DNA of 64,000 nt from an uncultured Armatimonadetes bacterium (GTDB lineage: Bacteria; Armatimonadota; Fimbriimonadia; Fimbriimonadales; Fimbriimonadaceae). This document shows positions 26,709-35,896 of the stretch, in pieces; positions within the stretch are counted from its first letter, which is position 1; each line of letters opens with the position of its first letter. Under the pieces are notes generated by a model. It did no database searches. It had not been told where the DNA came from and saw only the letters and a list, made by a program, of their open reading frames with translations. The stretch spans positions 55,105 to 119,104 of the forward strand of contig CAIYLG010000018.1 in NCBI GenBank assembly GCA_903927025.1. The letters are read 5' to 3'. A program made the position numbers and the translations under genes.

Positions 26709-28790
26709 TTATAGGCCGGTTTCTTGTTGCCAAAGCAGATCGGAAACTCGCGCCATTCCCGATTTCAAGTGCCTTCGTATTGTCGCAATAGAAACGTCGA
26801 TCTTCTCGGCGGCGACCTCCTGTGAGCGCATTGGATGCAGGTAGCAGGCATCCAATGCCATGAAGAGCTTATCGTCCTTGGAGTTGGCAGACAGCGTATT
26901 CGCCGCATCGGAAATCAACTCTCGCAGCTTCGCGACTCGCTCCTTCGTATCGGCATCCGCACTGACGCGATCCAAAACCAAGCGCGAACGCAAGAGCGGA
27001 TTTTTGGCAAGACGTGCGACATTGGTGAAGGCCTTAAGGGCCTCAGCAACGCTGTCAGCAAACCCTTCCCGAGACAGCACAACCATGTCTCCGCCAACCC
27101 TTTGCTTCTCTGCGGGAGCCTTAATGGGAACTTCCCTTTCGCTGAGGACGGCAAGCCACGGCTTAGGCTTCAAAACTCGCCAATCCACAAAGTAGATCCC
27201 GTATGGCTTCGAGCCCAACTCAAAGCAAAGCTCGTCCGGCAGCGAGTGGAGGGCGTACTCGAACATCGGCGCCCAAAATGCAGGATCAGAACACGGAAGG
27301 AACGTTGCCCCAAGGCTTGACTCGGTGACGTAGTGCTGCACAATCGCCACAAAGATCATGCTTTGGACTGGGCTCACCGCCTGGTAGGCGTCATCTGCCA
27401 TCCAGAACCGGAAATAGGTGGCGCGCTCTCCGTCGCGAAGGGGTCCGCGAGCGGCAAGGTACTCCAAAGCTTTTCGAGTGGCAGGGTCTGCCTGTGCCTC
27501 AACGGGCGACTTCGTGAGGTTGAGCATCACCAACAAGCCTCGCAGGCGAGTTGGATTGACAGAATCTCGCATCACGAGGAAGGCTTCTGGCTGCACGTTA
27601 AACCACGCGGCGGCATATTGCGCTGCCTCCTGCCCTTCGTGGGACTCCACCATTTCGAGAATTTGGGATCGGTCTTCGGACCGCGCTCCATCTGAAAATG
27701 CAGGAGGCTGTGAATGCCATTGGAAAAATGGCGCCATCACCGGGTTGTCGCGATGAAGGTAGATGTAGTCAAAAAGGATAAGCTGCTGCGCCGGCCCCTG
27801 AGCTCGATCCAGCCGATCAGAATAGTAGGCTCTGGCGCGGTGGTGCAGCTCAGAATAGCGATCCGGATTCCTCCACCTCAATTCAGAGGCGATGGCATCG
27901 CGAGCCAAATCATGAGGCATGAGGCCAAATGGAGTCATCTCTATGAACGAGAGCGACTTTAGCCAAGCAAAAAGCTCCTGGGCTCGATCTGCATCCAAAG
28001 CCTCGGCAATGACCGCCTCCGTGGTCATACGAATCAGCGAGCAGAGCTCAAGCAGATCTCGATAGAGGGGATCATCGACTCCCTCAACAAACCGGTCCAG
28101 CAACACGGTGACGAGGTCAAGAGACGGATCCTGACCGAGCCCGATGCTGCCAGTTTGGGCGTAGTTCTCCGCAACCAGTGTGAGAGCTAACGGATAGCCG
28201 TGGGTGAGGCTCAGGATCTGCTCATAAGCTTCGCTGGGAACGGTCTGGGAGGCGAGAAACTTCTTTGAATCGGCATCACTGAGGTTTCTAAGCGGCGCGA
28301 TGCGACAGAGGTTCTGCCATACGTCGGACCGCCAGTTAGCCGCTGGCCTTTTTCGGCCCAAAACGACCACAAGAACATTTTCAGGCAAATCCGGGATAAA
28401 CGTGTCTCTCAGCCAGCCATCCAAACCCTCTATTGCTTCGTAGGTATCCACGAACAGCACACCGCGCTTCACGGCCCCCAACCACGCCATGGCATCAGAA
28501 ACGGACGTGGTGCCGGTAGCCATGCAGAGCGAGCCTAGAAAGAAGTCCGGAGTGGGCTGGAGGTATCGGCCGTCAAGGGTAACCGACCTGGCTCCTGCTG
28601 CCTGGGAAATGAATTCAAGCTGTCTCAGGAGGGTCGTTTTCCCAACTCCACCTGGACCATGGACGTACCACACGACGACGGGAAGTTCTTCGGGAGCGAG
28701 AAAGGACGCAAACAAGTCCTTTTCCTCTAATCGCCCCACAAACTGCCTGCTTCTCTCCGCACGAATCCTATCGGATAGCTTTCCTGGCAC
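26709..28790 (-). CDS. STAND/AAA-type ATPase with C-terminal HTH (probable transcriptional regulator)
   Basis: P-loop GPGGVGKT, Walker B LFVDTYE, GYPLAL, PHDLAR; C-terminal SQEVAAEKIDVSIATIRRHL helix-turn-helix. Confidence 0.82.
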   Translation of the reverse strand: MPGKLSDRIRAERSRQFVGRLEEKDLFASFLAPEELPVVVWYVHGPGGVGKTTLLRQLEFISQAAGARSVTLDGRYLQPTPDFFLGSLCMATGTTSVSDAMAWLGAVKRGVLFVDTYEAIEGLDGWLRDTFIPDLPENVLVVVLGRKRPAANWRSDVWQNLCRIAPLRNLSDADSKKFLASQTVPSEAYEQILSLTHGYPLALTLVAENYAQTGSIGLGQDPSLDLVTVLLDRFVEGVDDPLYRDLLELCSLIRMTTEAVIAEALDADRAQELFAWLKSLSFIEMTPFGLMPHDLARDAIASELRWRNPDRYSELHHRARAYYSDRLDRAQGPAQQLILFDYIYLHRDNPVMAPFFQWHSQPPAFSDGARSEDRSQILEMVESHEGQEAAQYAAAWFNVQPEAFLVMRDSVNPTRLRGLLVMLNLTKSPVEAQADPATRKALEYLAARGPLRDGERATYFRFWMADDAYQAVSPVQSMIFVAIVQHYVTESSLGATFLPCSDPAFWAPMFEYALHSLPDELCFELGSKPYGIYFVDWRVLKPKPWLAVLSEREVPIKAPAEKQRVGGDMVVLSREGFADSVAEALKAFTNVARLAKNPLLRSRLVLDRVSADADTKERVAKLRELISDAANTLSANSKDDKLFMALDACYLHPMRSQEVAAEKIDVSIATIRRHLKSGMARVSDLLWQQETGL

Positions 28791-28881
28791 CCATCGCCCC
28801 CTGTCAGCGAATCTACGACTCGCGGTTTAGCAATGATAGCCAGTATCGGCAAATGTCACCTGTGAAACCTTAAGGATTATT

Positions 28882-28897
28882 TGGAATGATCGTTCCA
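28882..28897. promoter_or_regulatory. TetR operator, copy 1
   Basis: TGGAATGATCGTTCCA, a near-perfect palindrome just upstream of the TAGAAT -10 box of tetR. Confidence 0.75.
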
Positions 28898-28919
28898 CTA
28901 ACCGAGTAGAATCGTTTCG

Positions 28920-29516
28920 GTGGGAAGGCACAAGCAATTCAACGAGGATGAGGTTTTACGCGCGGCGACACGCGTCTTCGTGGAGAAAGGGTTTGAAGCC
29001 ACTTCGATTCAAGACCTCATCGATGCGATGGGAATCAATCGGGCCAGCCTCTACGACACCTTTGGTGACAAGGAGACCCTGTTTTTGGCTGTTCTCGATC
29101 GATATGATGATGCCGCCTACGCCGATCTGGCAGAGTGCCTTGCCTGTTATCCATCCAAGTTGGATGGAATTCGGGCGTGGTTTTACAGGGTGGTTGAGCA
29201 AGGCTCAATCTACAAACACCCGGGATGCCTGATGGTGAATTCAACGGTCGAGCGAGCCATGCGCGATGAAGACTGTGCCGCCCGCTCCTCGCGAAACTTC
29301 CGAAGAAGTGAGGAAGCGTACTACGGAGCTCTCCTTGACGCTCAGCAGAATGGAGAGCTTTCTGCGGACCGAAACCTGCGTGCCCTCGCCCGGTTTCTGG
29401 CAGGTGCCATTCGCGGGATCCGCGTTTCTGCCAAAGCCACCGGGGACTACCAGACGCTCAAGGACATTGCTGATATTGCTTTAAGCCAGCTCGATTGCCG
29501 ACATGATAATAAGTAG
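28920..29516 (+). CDS. TetR/AcrR family regulator (NemR/ComR-like)
   Basis: GRHKQFNEDEVL...F.EKGFEATSIQDL...GINRASLYDTFGDK, and GCLMVNS. TAGAAT lies 7 nt before the GTG. Confidence 0.93.
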   Translation: MGRHKQFNEDEVLRAATRVFVEKGFEATSIQDLIDAMGINRASLYDTFGDKETLFLAVLDRYDDAAYADLAECLACYPSKLDGIRAWFYRVVEQGSIYKHPGCLMVNSTVERAMRDEDCAARSSRNFRRSEEAYYGALLDAQQNGELSADRNLRALARFLAGAIRGIRVSAKATGDYQTLKDIADIALSQLDCRHDNK

Positions 29517-29529
29517 AATGACCGTTCCA
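29514..29529. promoter_or_regulatory. TetR operator, copy 2 (upstream of the RND operon)
   Basis: TAGAATGACCGTTCCA, 14/16 identical to copy 1; overlaps the tetR stop codon. Confidence 0.7.
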
Positions 29530-29631
29530 GAACTGTGCTGTTCGGGAACAGATAAGACAGAAGCTCTGCAACATTCCCTAAGTGCGAACCAGCGTGGGTT
29601 CCCGCAGATCGCTCGGAGGAACCTCAACTAG

Positions 29632-32600
29632 ATGTGGATCGTTAGGCTCGCGCTACGCCGCCAGTACACCTTCATCGTAATGGCCGTGCTCATCTTATTG
29701 ATGGGTGTTACCACCATCATCAAGACGCCGACAGACGTCTTCCCGCCCATCAACATTCCCGTCGTCAGCGTCATTTGGTCGTACAACGGCTTTACGCCGG
29801 ACGACATGGAAAAGCGCATCTGCACGATCAGCGAGCGCGCTGCGACGACGACCGTCTCTGACATTGAGCACATTGAATCTCAGTCGATGCCGGGTCTGGC
29901 CGTCATCAAGTTTTACTTTCAGCCTGGTGCAAAAGTTGAAGCCGGAGTCGCACAGCTCACATCGATCATGCAGACGCTTTTGAGAGCGTTTCCCGTAGGA
30001 ACCACGCCACCGCTCATTATTCAGTCCAGTGCCTCCAGCGTCCCTATCCTTCAGTTGGGACTAGGTGGCAAAGGGATGTCGGAGACACAGATCTTTGATG
30101 CGGGCACCAACTTTGTCCGGACCCAGCTTGCCGTTATTCAGGGCGCTGCGATCCCGTTGCCTTACGGTGGAAAGCCACGACAGATCATGGTGGACCTCGA
30201 TGTCCAGGCGCTTCAGGCAAAGGGTCTGTCGCCAAACGATGTCAACAACTCTATCGGACTTCAGAATCTGGTTCTCCCTTCTGGAACCACCAAAATTGGC
30301 TCGCGCGAGTACAACGTCTTCCTAAACGGCAGTCCGGATGCGGTTGAGATGCTCAACAACATGCCGATCAAAACCGTGAACGGCGCAATGGTGTACATCC
30401 GGGACGTCGCCCATGTGCGGGACGGATTTGCCGTGCAGACCAACATCGTTCGCAACAACGGCGTCCGGTCTGCACTGCTCACGGTTCTCAAGAGTGGAGA
30501 CGCGTCGACCCTCAGCGTCGTGGATCGGGTGAAAAAGACCCTTCCAAAAATCATGACGACGCTGCCTCCGAACATGGAGGTCAAGCCACTCTTCGACCAG
30601 TCCATCTTCGTGCGCAACTCCATCGACGGAGTGGTTAAGGAAGCGATCGTGGCCGCTTGTCTGACTGCCGCGATGATCCTTATCTTCTTGGGAAGCTGGC
30701 GAAGCACGCTCATCGTTGCGGTCTCCATTCCGCTGGCGATTCTCACCTCGATCATCTGTCTCGGCTTCCTCGGTCAAACGATTAACACGATGACCCTAGG
30801 CGGACTCGCTTTGGCGGTTGGAATTCTCGTTGACGACGCAACCGTTGAGATCGAAAACATCCACCGAAACATGAGCATGGGCAAGGGACTCGTCAAGTCA
30901 ATTCTTGATGGAGCTCAGCAGATTGCCAGTCCAACGTTCGTTGCCACGACGTCGATATGTATCGTTTTCGTCTCCGTTGTCTTTCTGACCGGTCCTGCCA
31001 AGTACCTCTTCACCCCACTCGCCCTGGCGGTGGTATTCGCCATGATGGCGTCCTACCTTCTCTCCAGAACTCTTGTGCCGGTGATGGTCAAGCTGATGCT
31101 CCACAAAGAGCTTCACCTTTACCAAGAGGACCACGACGCACCAGCCGTACCAAGCAAGGATCCCATTTGGAGAGCCCACCAGCGGTTCAACGTTCGATTC
31201 AACCGTTTCCGCGACAGCTACGTGGCGCTTCTCAACAACGCCCTGCATCACCGAGGAAAGACGGTGCTGATCTTCGGCACCCTGTTCGTTGCTTCCGCAG
31301 CACTGATTCCATTCGTCGGCCAGGACTTCTTCCCGAACGTAGACGCTGGTCAATTCCGACTCCACGTCCGTGCCCCATCGGGTACTCGAATCGAGGAGAC
31401 GGCTCGAGTCTTCCAGTCTGTTGAGGACACGATTCGTGAGACCATTCCAGCCAAGGAACTCGACCTAACGCTGGACAACATCGGCATCCCGGTTGGAGGC
31501 GTCAACCTCGCTTTCTCCGACAGTGCAACGATAGGATCTGCCGATGGCGAAATCCTGGTTTCGCTGAAGGAGAATCATGGGTCGACTCCGGAGTACATGG
31601 CGAAGCTGAGGAAAGTGTTCCGACACAAGTATCCAGACCTCGTCTTCTTCTTCCAGCCGTCGGACATCGTCAACCAAATTCTCAACTTCGGATTGCCGGC
31701 ACCTATTGACATCCAGGTCGTTGGAAGGTCACCCAAAAACTACGATGTCGCACGGGCGATCTGTGAGGACGTCAAGCATGTTCGAGGAGCCGTAGATGTC
31801 CACGTTCACCAAGTTCGAGATACGCCCGCGCTGAATATCAACGTGGATCGGGAACGAGCTGAGGATATGGGCCTAACAGAGCGAGACGTTGCCAACAACC
31901 TCCTTGTTTCGCTCGCATCCAGTGGACAGGCGACACCAAACTTCTGGCTCGATCCAAAGAACGGTGTCAGCTACCTGATTGCAGTGCAGACCCCGCAGTA
32001 TAAGGTGGACTCGATAGGCGCTCTGAAGAACACGCCTCTCAACTCAGCCACAAGTACCCACAGCGAATTGCTCAGCAACGTGGCTGACATCAAGCGAAGC
32101 GTCAGCACTCAGAACATCAACCACTACAACGTGCAGCCAGTGTTCGACGTCTACGCCAACGTGCAGGGTCGAGATCTTGGAAGCGTCTCCCGCGACATCA
32201 ACAAGATTCTTGCGAAGTACGAGAAGAACCTTCCGCGAGGATCCAGCCTCATCGTTCGCGGGCAGGTTCAGAGCATGAATGACTCCTTTGTCGGCCTCGG
32301 CATCGGAATCGCCTTTGCGATCCTTCTGGTGTATCTGCTCCTCGTCGTCAACTTCCAAAGTTGGGTCGATCCGTTCATCATCATCATGGCCCTCCCTGGT
32401 GCGTTGAGCGGAATCCTCTGGACTCTCTTCGGAACTCACACCACGTTCAGTGTCCCCTCACTGATGGGCACGATCATGTGCATCGGTGTCGCCACCGCAA
32501 ACAGCATCCTCATGGTGACGTTTGCCAACGACCGACGCCATGAAGGGGACAACGCGATGCAGGCTGCGCTTGCCGCTGGCCACACCCGGCTGAGACCCGT

Positions 32601-32832
32601 GCTCATGACGGCTCTCGCCATGATCGTCGGAATGCTTCCGATGGCTCTGGGCCTGGGTGAAGGCGGCGAGCAGAACGCTCCTCTCGGCCGCGCCGTCATA
32701 GGCGGACTCGCGGTGGCGACCTTTACGACGCTTGTCTTCGTTCCGGTGGTTTACAGCCGGCTGAGAGCCAAGCACGACGAATCGATGACTGATGAAGACC
32801 ACGCTCTGCTCGCAGAGACGGCACACGCATAA
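29632..32832 (+). CDS. RND efflux permease subunit
   Basis: 1066 aa with MWIVRLALRR, DVFPPINIPVV, GILVDDATVEIENI and RLRPVLMT. Confidence 0.95.
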   Translation: MWIVRLALRRQYTFIVMAVLILLMGVTTIIKTPTDVFPPINIPVVSVIWSYNGFTPDDMEKRICTISERAATTTVSDIEHIESQSMPGLAVIKFYFQPGAKVEAGVAQLTSIMQTLLRAFPVGTTPPLIIQSSASSVPILQLGLGGKGMSETQIFDAGTNFVRTQLAVIQGAAIPLPYGGKPRQIMVDLDVQALQAKGLSPNDVNNSIGLQNLVLPSGTTKIGSREYNVFLNGSPDAVEMLNNMPIKTVNGAMVYIRDVAHVRDGFAVQTNIVRNNGVRSALLTVLKSGDASTLSVVDRVKKTLPKIMTTLPPNMEVKPLFDQSIFVRNSIDGVVKEAIVAACLTAAMILIFLGSWRSTLIVAVSIPLAILTSIICLGFLGQTINTMTLGGLALAVGILVDDATVEIENIHRNMSMGKGLVKSILDGAQQIASPTFVATTSICIVFVSVVFLTGPAKYLFTPLALAVVFAMMASYLLSRTLVPVMVKLMLHKELHLYQEDHDAPAVPSKDPIWRAHQRFNVRFNRFRDSYVALLNNALHHRGKTVLIFGTLFVASAALIPFVGQDFFPNVDAGQFRLHVRAPSGTRIEETARVFQSVEDTIRETIPAKELDLTLDNIGIPVGGVNLAFSDSATIGSADGEILVSLKENHGSTPEYMAKLRKVFRHKYPDLVFFFQPSDIVNQILNFGLPAPIDIQVVGRSPKNYDVARAICEDVKHVRGAVDVHVHQVRDTPALNINVDRERAEDMGLTERDVANNLLVSLASSGQATPNFWLDPKNGVSYLIAVQTPQYKVDSIGALKNTPLNSATSTHSELLSNVADIKRSVSTQNINHYNVQPVFDVYANVQGRDLGSVSRDINKILAKYEKNLPRGSSLIVRGQVQSMNDSFVGLGIGIAFAILLVYLLLVVNFQSWVDPFIIIMALPGALSGILWTLFGTHTTFSVPSLMGTIMCIGVATANSILMVTFANDRRHEGDNAMQAALAAGHTRLRPVLMTALAMIVGMLPMALGLGEGGEQNAPLGRAVIGGLAVATFTTLVFVPVVYSRLRAKHDESMTDEDHALLAETAHA

Positions 32833-32844
32833 ACAGGAAATCCT

Positions 32845-34491
32845 ATGGAAACACCATCTCCCAATCACGGACCCACTCCTAGCGCGAAGTCGCCGGGCCG
32901 CATCATCGCGGCCATCGGCATTCTCGCTCTGGGCGGACTGCTGGTCGGTGGCATCATGCCCCGGATGAAGCAGGAAAAGACCCTGTCTGAAGATTCGGCA
33001 GACGTTAACTCCTCCGTTAAGGAAGTCAACGTCGTACCACCACACCTAGCGAAGTCAGAAGGGCTGTCGCTGCCAGGAAGTATTCGAGCACTGGAAGAGA
33101 CTCAAATCTACGCGCGAACCAGCGGCTATCTCATCAAGCGATATGTCGACATCGGTTCCCACGTCAAGCAGGGTGATCTCCTTGCCGAGATCTCTTCGCC
33201 GGACGTGGATCAACAGCAGTTCCAGGCGATTGCCGACCAGGCAAAGGCAACCGCAACGGTTGGCCAGTCTCGCGCAGACGTGCAAAACAAGCAGGCCACC
33301 GTCGAAGAGATGCGGGCTGAAGCGGCGAAATCCACGGCTGGCATTGAGCAGGCCAAGGCCGCCGTCGCCAGCAGCAATTCTAAGCTCGCTCAGGCCAAAG
33401 CCAACCTCTCCTCTTCCATTGCCAAGGTAGCCCAGGCGAAGCAGGCCCTGGAAACCCAGAACGCCAGTCTCAAGCAGGCCCAGGCCCAGCACGATCTCGC
33501 AGAGACAACGGCCAAGCGATACCGAAGCCTGCTGGCCCAGGGATTTGTGGCCCAACAGGATGCGGATCAGGCTGAGGCAAACGTAAAGACGACCTCTGCT
33601 TCCGTCGACTCTGCCAAAGCCCAAATTGGAGCGGCCAAGGCTCAGGTTGATGCTGCTGTACAAGATGTGGAATCCAGCAAGGCGATGGTGGCCTCGGCAG
33701 AAGCCGACGTGCGATCCAGCCAGGAAAGTGTTCGCGCGGCCCGTGCGGGACTCTCCAGTTCGATTGCCAACATCTCAGCCGCACAGGCAAATGTTGGAGC
33801 AAGCCAGGCAAACGTGGTCGCATCGGCGGCACAGGTTCAGTCGAACAAGGCCAACACGGACCGATTCAGCGTCCTGAAGAACTTCTCACGAATCACCGCC
33901 CCGTTCGACGGAGTCATCACGCTTCGCAATGCGGACGTTGGATCCTTGATCAACCCTGGTGATGCGAGCAACCCCAAACTCGCGCTGTTCAGCATCGCAA
34001 GAGTGGACACTCTGCGGATTCAAGTGAGCGTGCCTCAGACGTACTTCCAAGCCGTCCGACCTGGCACGAAGGCATCCATCATCGTGAAGGAAATGCACGG
34101 CAAGGAGTTTCCTGCTGAGGTCTTCCAAAACGCAGGAGCAATTGATCCAACTTCCCGAACCTTGCTCACCGAAGTTCGAATTCCTAATGCTCAGAACGCG
34201 CTGATTCCAGGAATGTACGCGCAGGTCAAATTTGGCGTGGGTGGCTCTGTGAAGTCCCTGCGGATTCCATCCAATACCCTTATGGTCGATGCGACGGGAA
34301 CCCATGTGGCCATCGTTCAAGACGGCAAACTGAAGTTCGTACCCATCGTCATTTCAAGAGACTTTGGGACAGAAATCGAAATCGCCAGCGGACTCAACGG
34401 AGATGAGCAGGTGGTCACGAACCCAACTGACGACCTGAAACCGGGCCAAAGCGTCAAGATACTTCCCACTGAAGGAGGCAAGACAAAGTGA
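32845..34491 (+). CDS. RND periplasmic adaptor (MFP) with extended alpha-hairpin
   Basis: Lipoyl halves VDIGSHVKQGDLLA and ITAPFDGVIT...VGSLI flank about 200 aa of Ala/Gln/Ser heptads. Confidence 0.92.
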   Translation: METPSPNHGPTPSAKSPGRIIAAIGILALGGLLVGGIMPRMKQEKTLSEDSADVNSSVKEVNVVPPHLAKSEGLSLPGSIRALEETQIYARTSGYLIKRYVDIGSHVKQGDLLAEISSPDVDQQQFQAIADQAKATATVGQSRADVQNKQATVEEMRAEAAKSTAGIEQAKAAVASSNSKLAQAKANLSSSIAKVAQAKQALETQNASLKQAQAQHDLAETTAKRYRSLLAQGFVAQQDADQAEANVKTTSASVDSAKAQIGAAKAQVDAAVQDVESSKAMVASAEADVRSSQESVRAARAGLSSSIANISAAQANVGASQANVVASAAQVQSNKANTDRFSVLKNFSRITAPFDGVITLRNADVGSLINPGDASNPKLALFSIARVDTLRIQVSVPQTYFQAVRPGTKASIIVKEMHGKEFPAEVFQNAGAIDPTSRTLLTEVRIPNAQNALIPGMYAQVKFGVGGSVKSLRIPSNTLMVDATGTHVAIVQDGKLKFVPIVISRDFGTEIEIASGLNGDEQVVTNPTDDLKPGQSVKILPTEGGKTK

Positions 34492-35846
34492 GGTCTTGGG
34501 GACTTATCGCCGCAATCGCAGCCGTCTCGGTAGCGGGAGCCCAGCAAAAGGCACCGCCCCCTAAGGCGCAGGACATTGCCGTCCCCACCCGAACCACGAC
34601 TCCTGCTTCCCAAAAGGATGCTTCAAAACTGGGTGGACCCCTAACCGCTCAGCAGGCGGTCGCCATCGCGCTATCGAACCAACCAACCCTGGAGTCGGTT
34701 CGGCAGGCTGTCATCGCGGCTGATGGTCGAACAAAGCAGCTGAGGGCCAGACTCCTGCCTCAGCTCGGGGTTGGAAGCACCTATTACACTTCTCGATTTG
34801 CGGGCAATGAACCGAACCGGCTGCAGACCAACGTTCCCAAGGGATACGGAAGCTCCGCAAGCCTTACCCAGCTCATCTTTGATGGAAGTCATTCGTCGGA
34901 TCTCGTCCAACAGGCGAAGTCACTTCGACTTGTCGCTGAGATGGACCTCAACCGGGCCAAGGAAGATCTTGCACTCCAGACGTTGAGCGGCTATTTCATC
35001 ACGCAGGAAGCGTCCCACCTCGTTGCCGTCAACGAGCGAAATGTCGCCAACCGCGACTCGCAGCTTCAGCTCGCCCAGTCGCGATTCAACTCGGGGTTAG
35101 GTGGCGCCGATGATGTTCTCACGGCGCAAACCGCAAAAGGAGACGCGGTTATCTCTCTGATCCAAGCAAGGAGCAACGCGGACGCCGCCAAGATCTCCCT
35201 TTTGCAGACGATGGGGCTCGATCCTCAAACGCCGATCACCCTTACGGATGACACTTTAGAAGCGGTCCCAGTCGATGCGTTCGACTCTTTCGTTTCCCAG
35301 TCACTTAGCCGCAGACCGGAAGTTTTGAGAGCCAAGGCATCAGTCGATGCCGCAAAGTTTGGAGCACGCGCCGCAAAAACGACTAGCGCTCCCACTCTCT
35401 CAAGTACGGTCAGCTTCTCCACCTCAGACCCGGGCTTTCCGGCGGGCGGTGCGGGTTATGGATTGGGGCTCATCCTCAGCGTTCCACTCTTTGACGGCAA
35501 CCTTCAGGCGGGCGTTGTCCAACAGGCAAACGCGGCGCTAAAATCCGCGCAGTCGGACCTTCTAACCGCCCAGCTTCAGGTGCGAACGGATGTCTCGCAG
35601 GCATACATCGCATCTCGGGGGGCCGAGCAGCAGGACTCTGCAGCCCAAACGAACCTTGCCAACGCCAAAGAGTCACTCCGCATCGCCGAGGGCCGGTACA
35701 AGGCGGGAATTGGCCTGTTCCTTGACATCATCAATGCCCAAGCGGCGCTGCTGGCAGCCGAGACCAGCGCGGCCACCGCGAGTGCCGAGGTGTTCATTCA
35801 GAGAGCCGCCCTCAAGCGAGCGGGCGGACTGCTTACCGAGAAGTGA
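34488..35846 (+). CDS. TolC-family outer-membrane efflux protein
   Basis: Signal peptide, two OEP repeats (LLPQLGV; SVPLFDG; AEGRYKAG); GTGA overlap with the adaptor gene. Confidence 0.9.
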   Translation: MRSWGLIAAIAAVSVAGAQQKAPPPKAQDIAVPTRTTTPASQKDASKLGGPLTAQQAVAIALSNQPTLESVRQAVIAADGRTKQLRARLLPQLGVGSTYYTSRFAGNEPNRLQTNVPKGYGSSASLTQLIFDGSHSSDLVQQAKSLRLVAEMDLNRAKEDLALQTLSGYFITQEASHLVAVNERNVANRDSQLQLAQSRFNSGLGGADDVLTAQTAKGDAVISLIQARSNADAAKISLLQTMGLDPQTPITLTDDTLEAVPVDAFDSFVSQSLSRRPEVLRAKASVDAAKFGARAAKTTSAPTLSSTVSFSTSDPGFPAGGAGYGLGLILSVPLFDGNLQAGVVQQANAALKSAQSDLLTAQLQVRTDVSQAYIASRGAEQQDSAAQTNLANAKESLRIAEGRYKAGIGLFLDIINAQAALLAAETSAATASAEVFIQRAALKRAGGLLTEK

Positions 35847-35896
35847 TAGACCCCTCCCGAGAGGGGCTCTGTCGAATCAGGGTGTAATAGAGCCCG

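Noticed and set aside
29632-32832. CzcA/CusA heavy-metal RND call
   Set aside because: TM4 reads GILVDDATVEIEN, not the HME-type DFG...DG motif; the CusA Met triad was not evident.
33230-33870. DNA tandem repeat in the RND adaptor
   Set aside because: Recurring GCCAAG/CAGGC words reflect Ala/Gln heptad coding, not exact nucleotide repeats.
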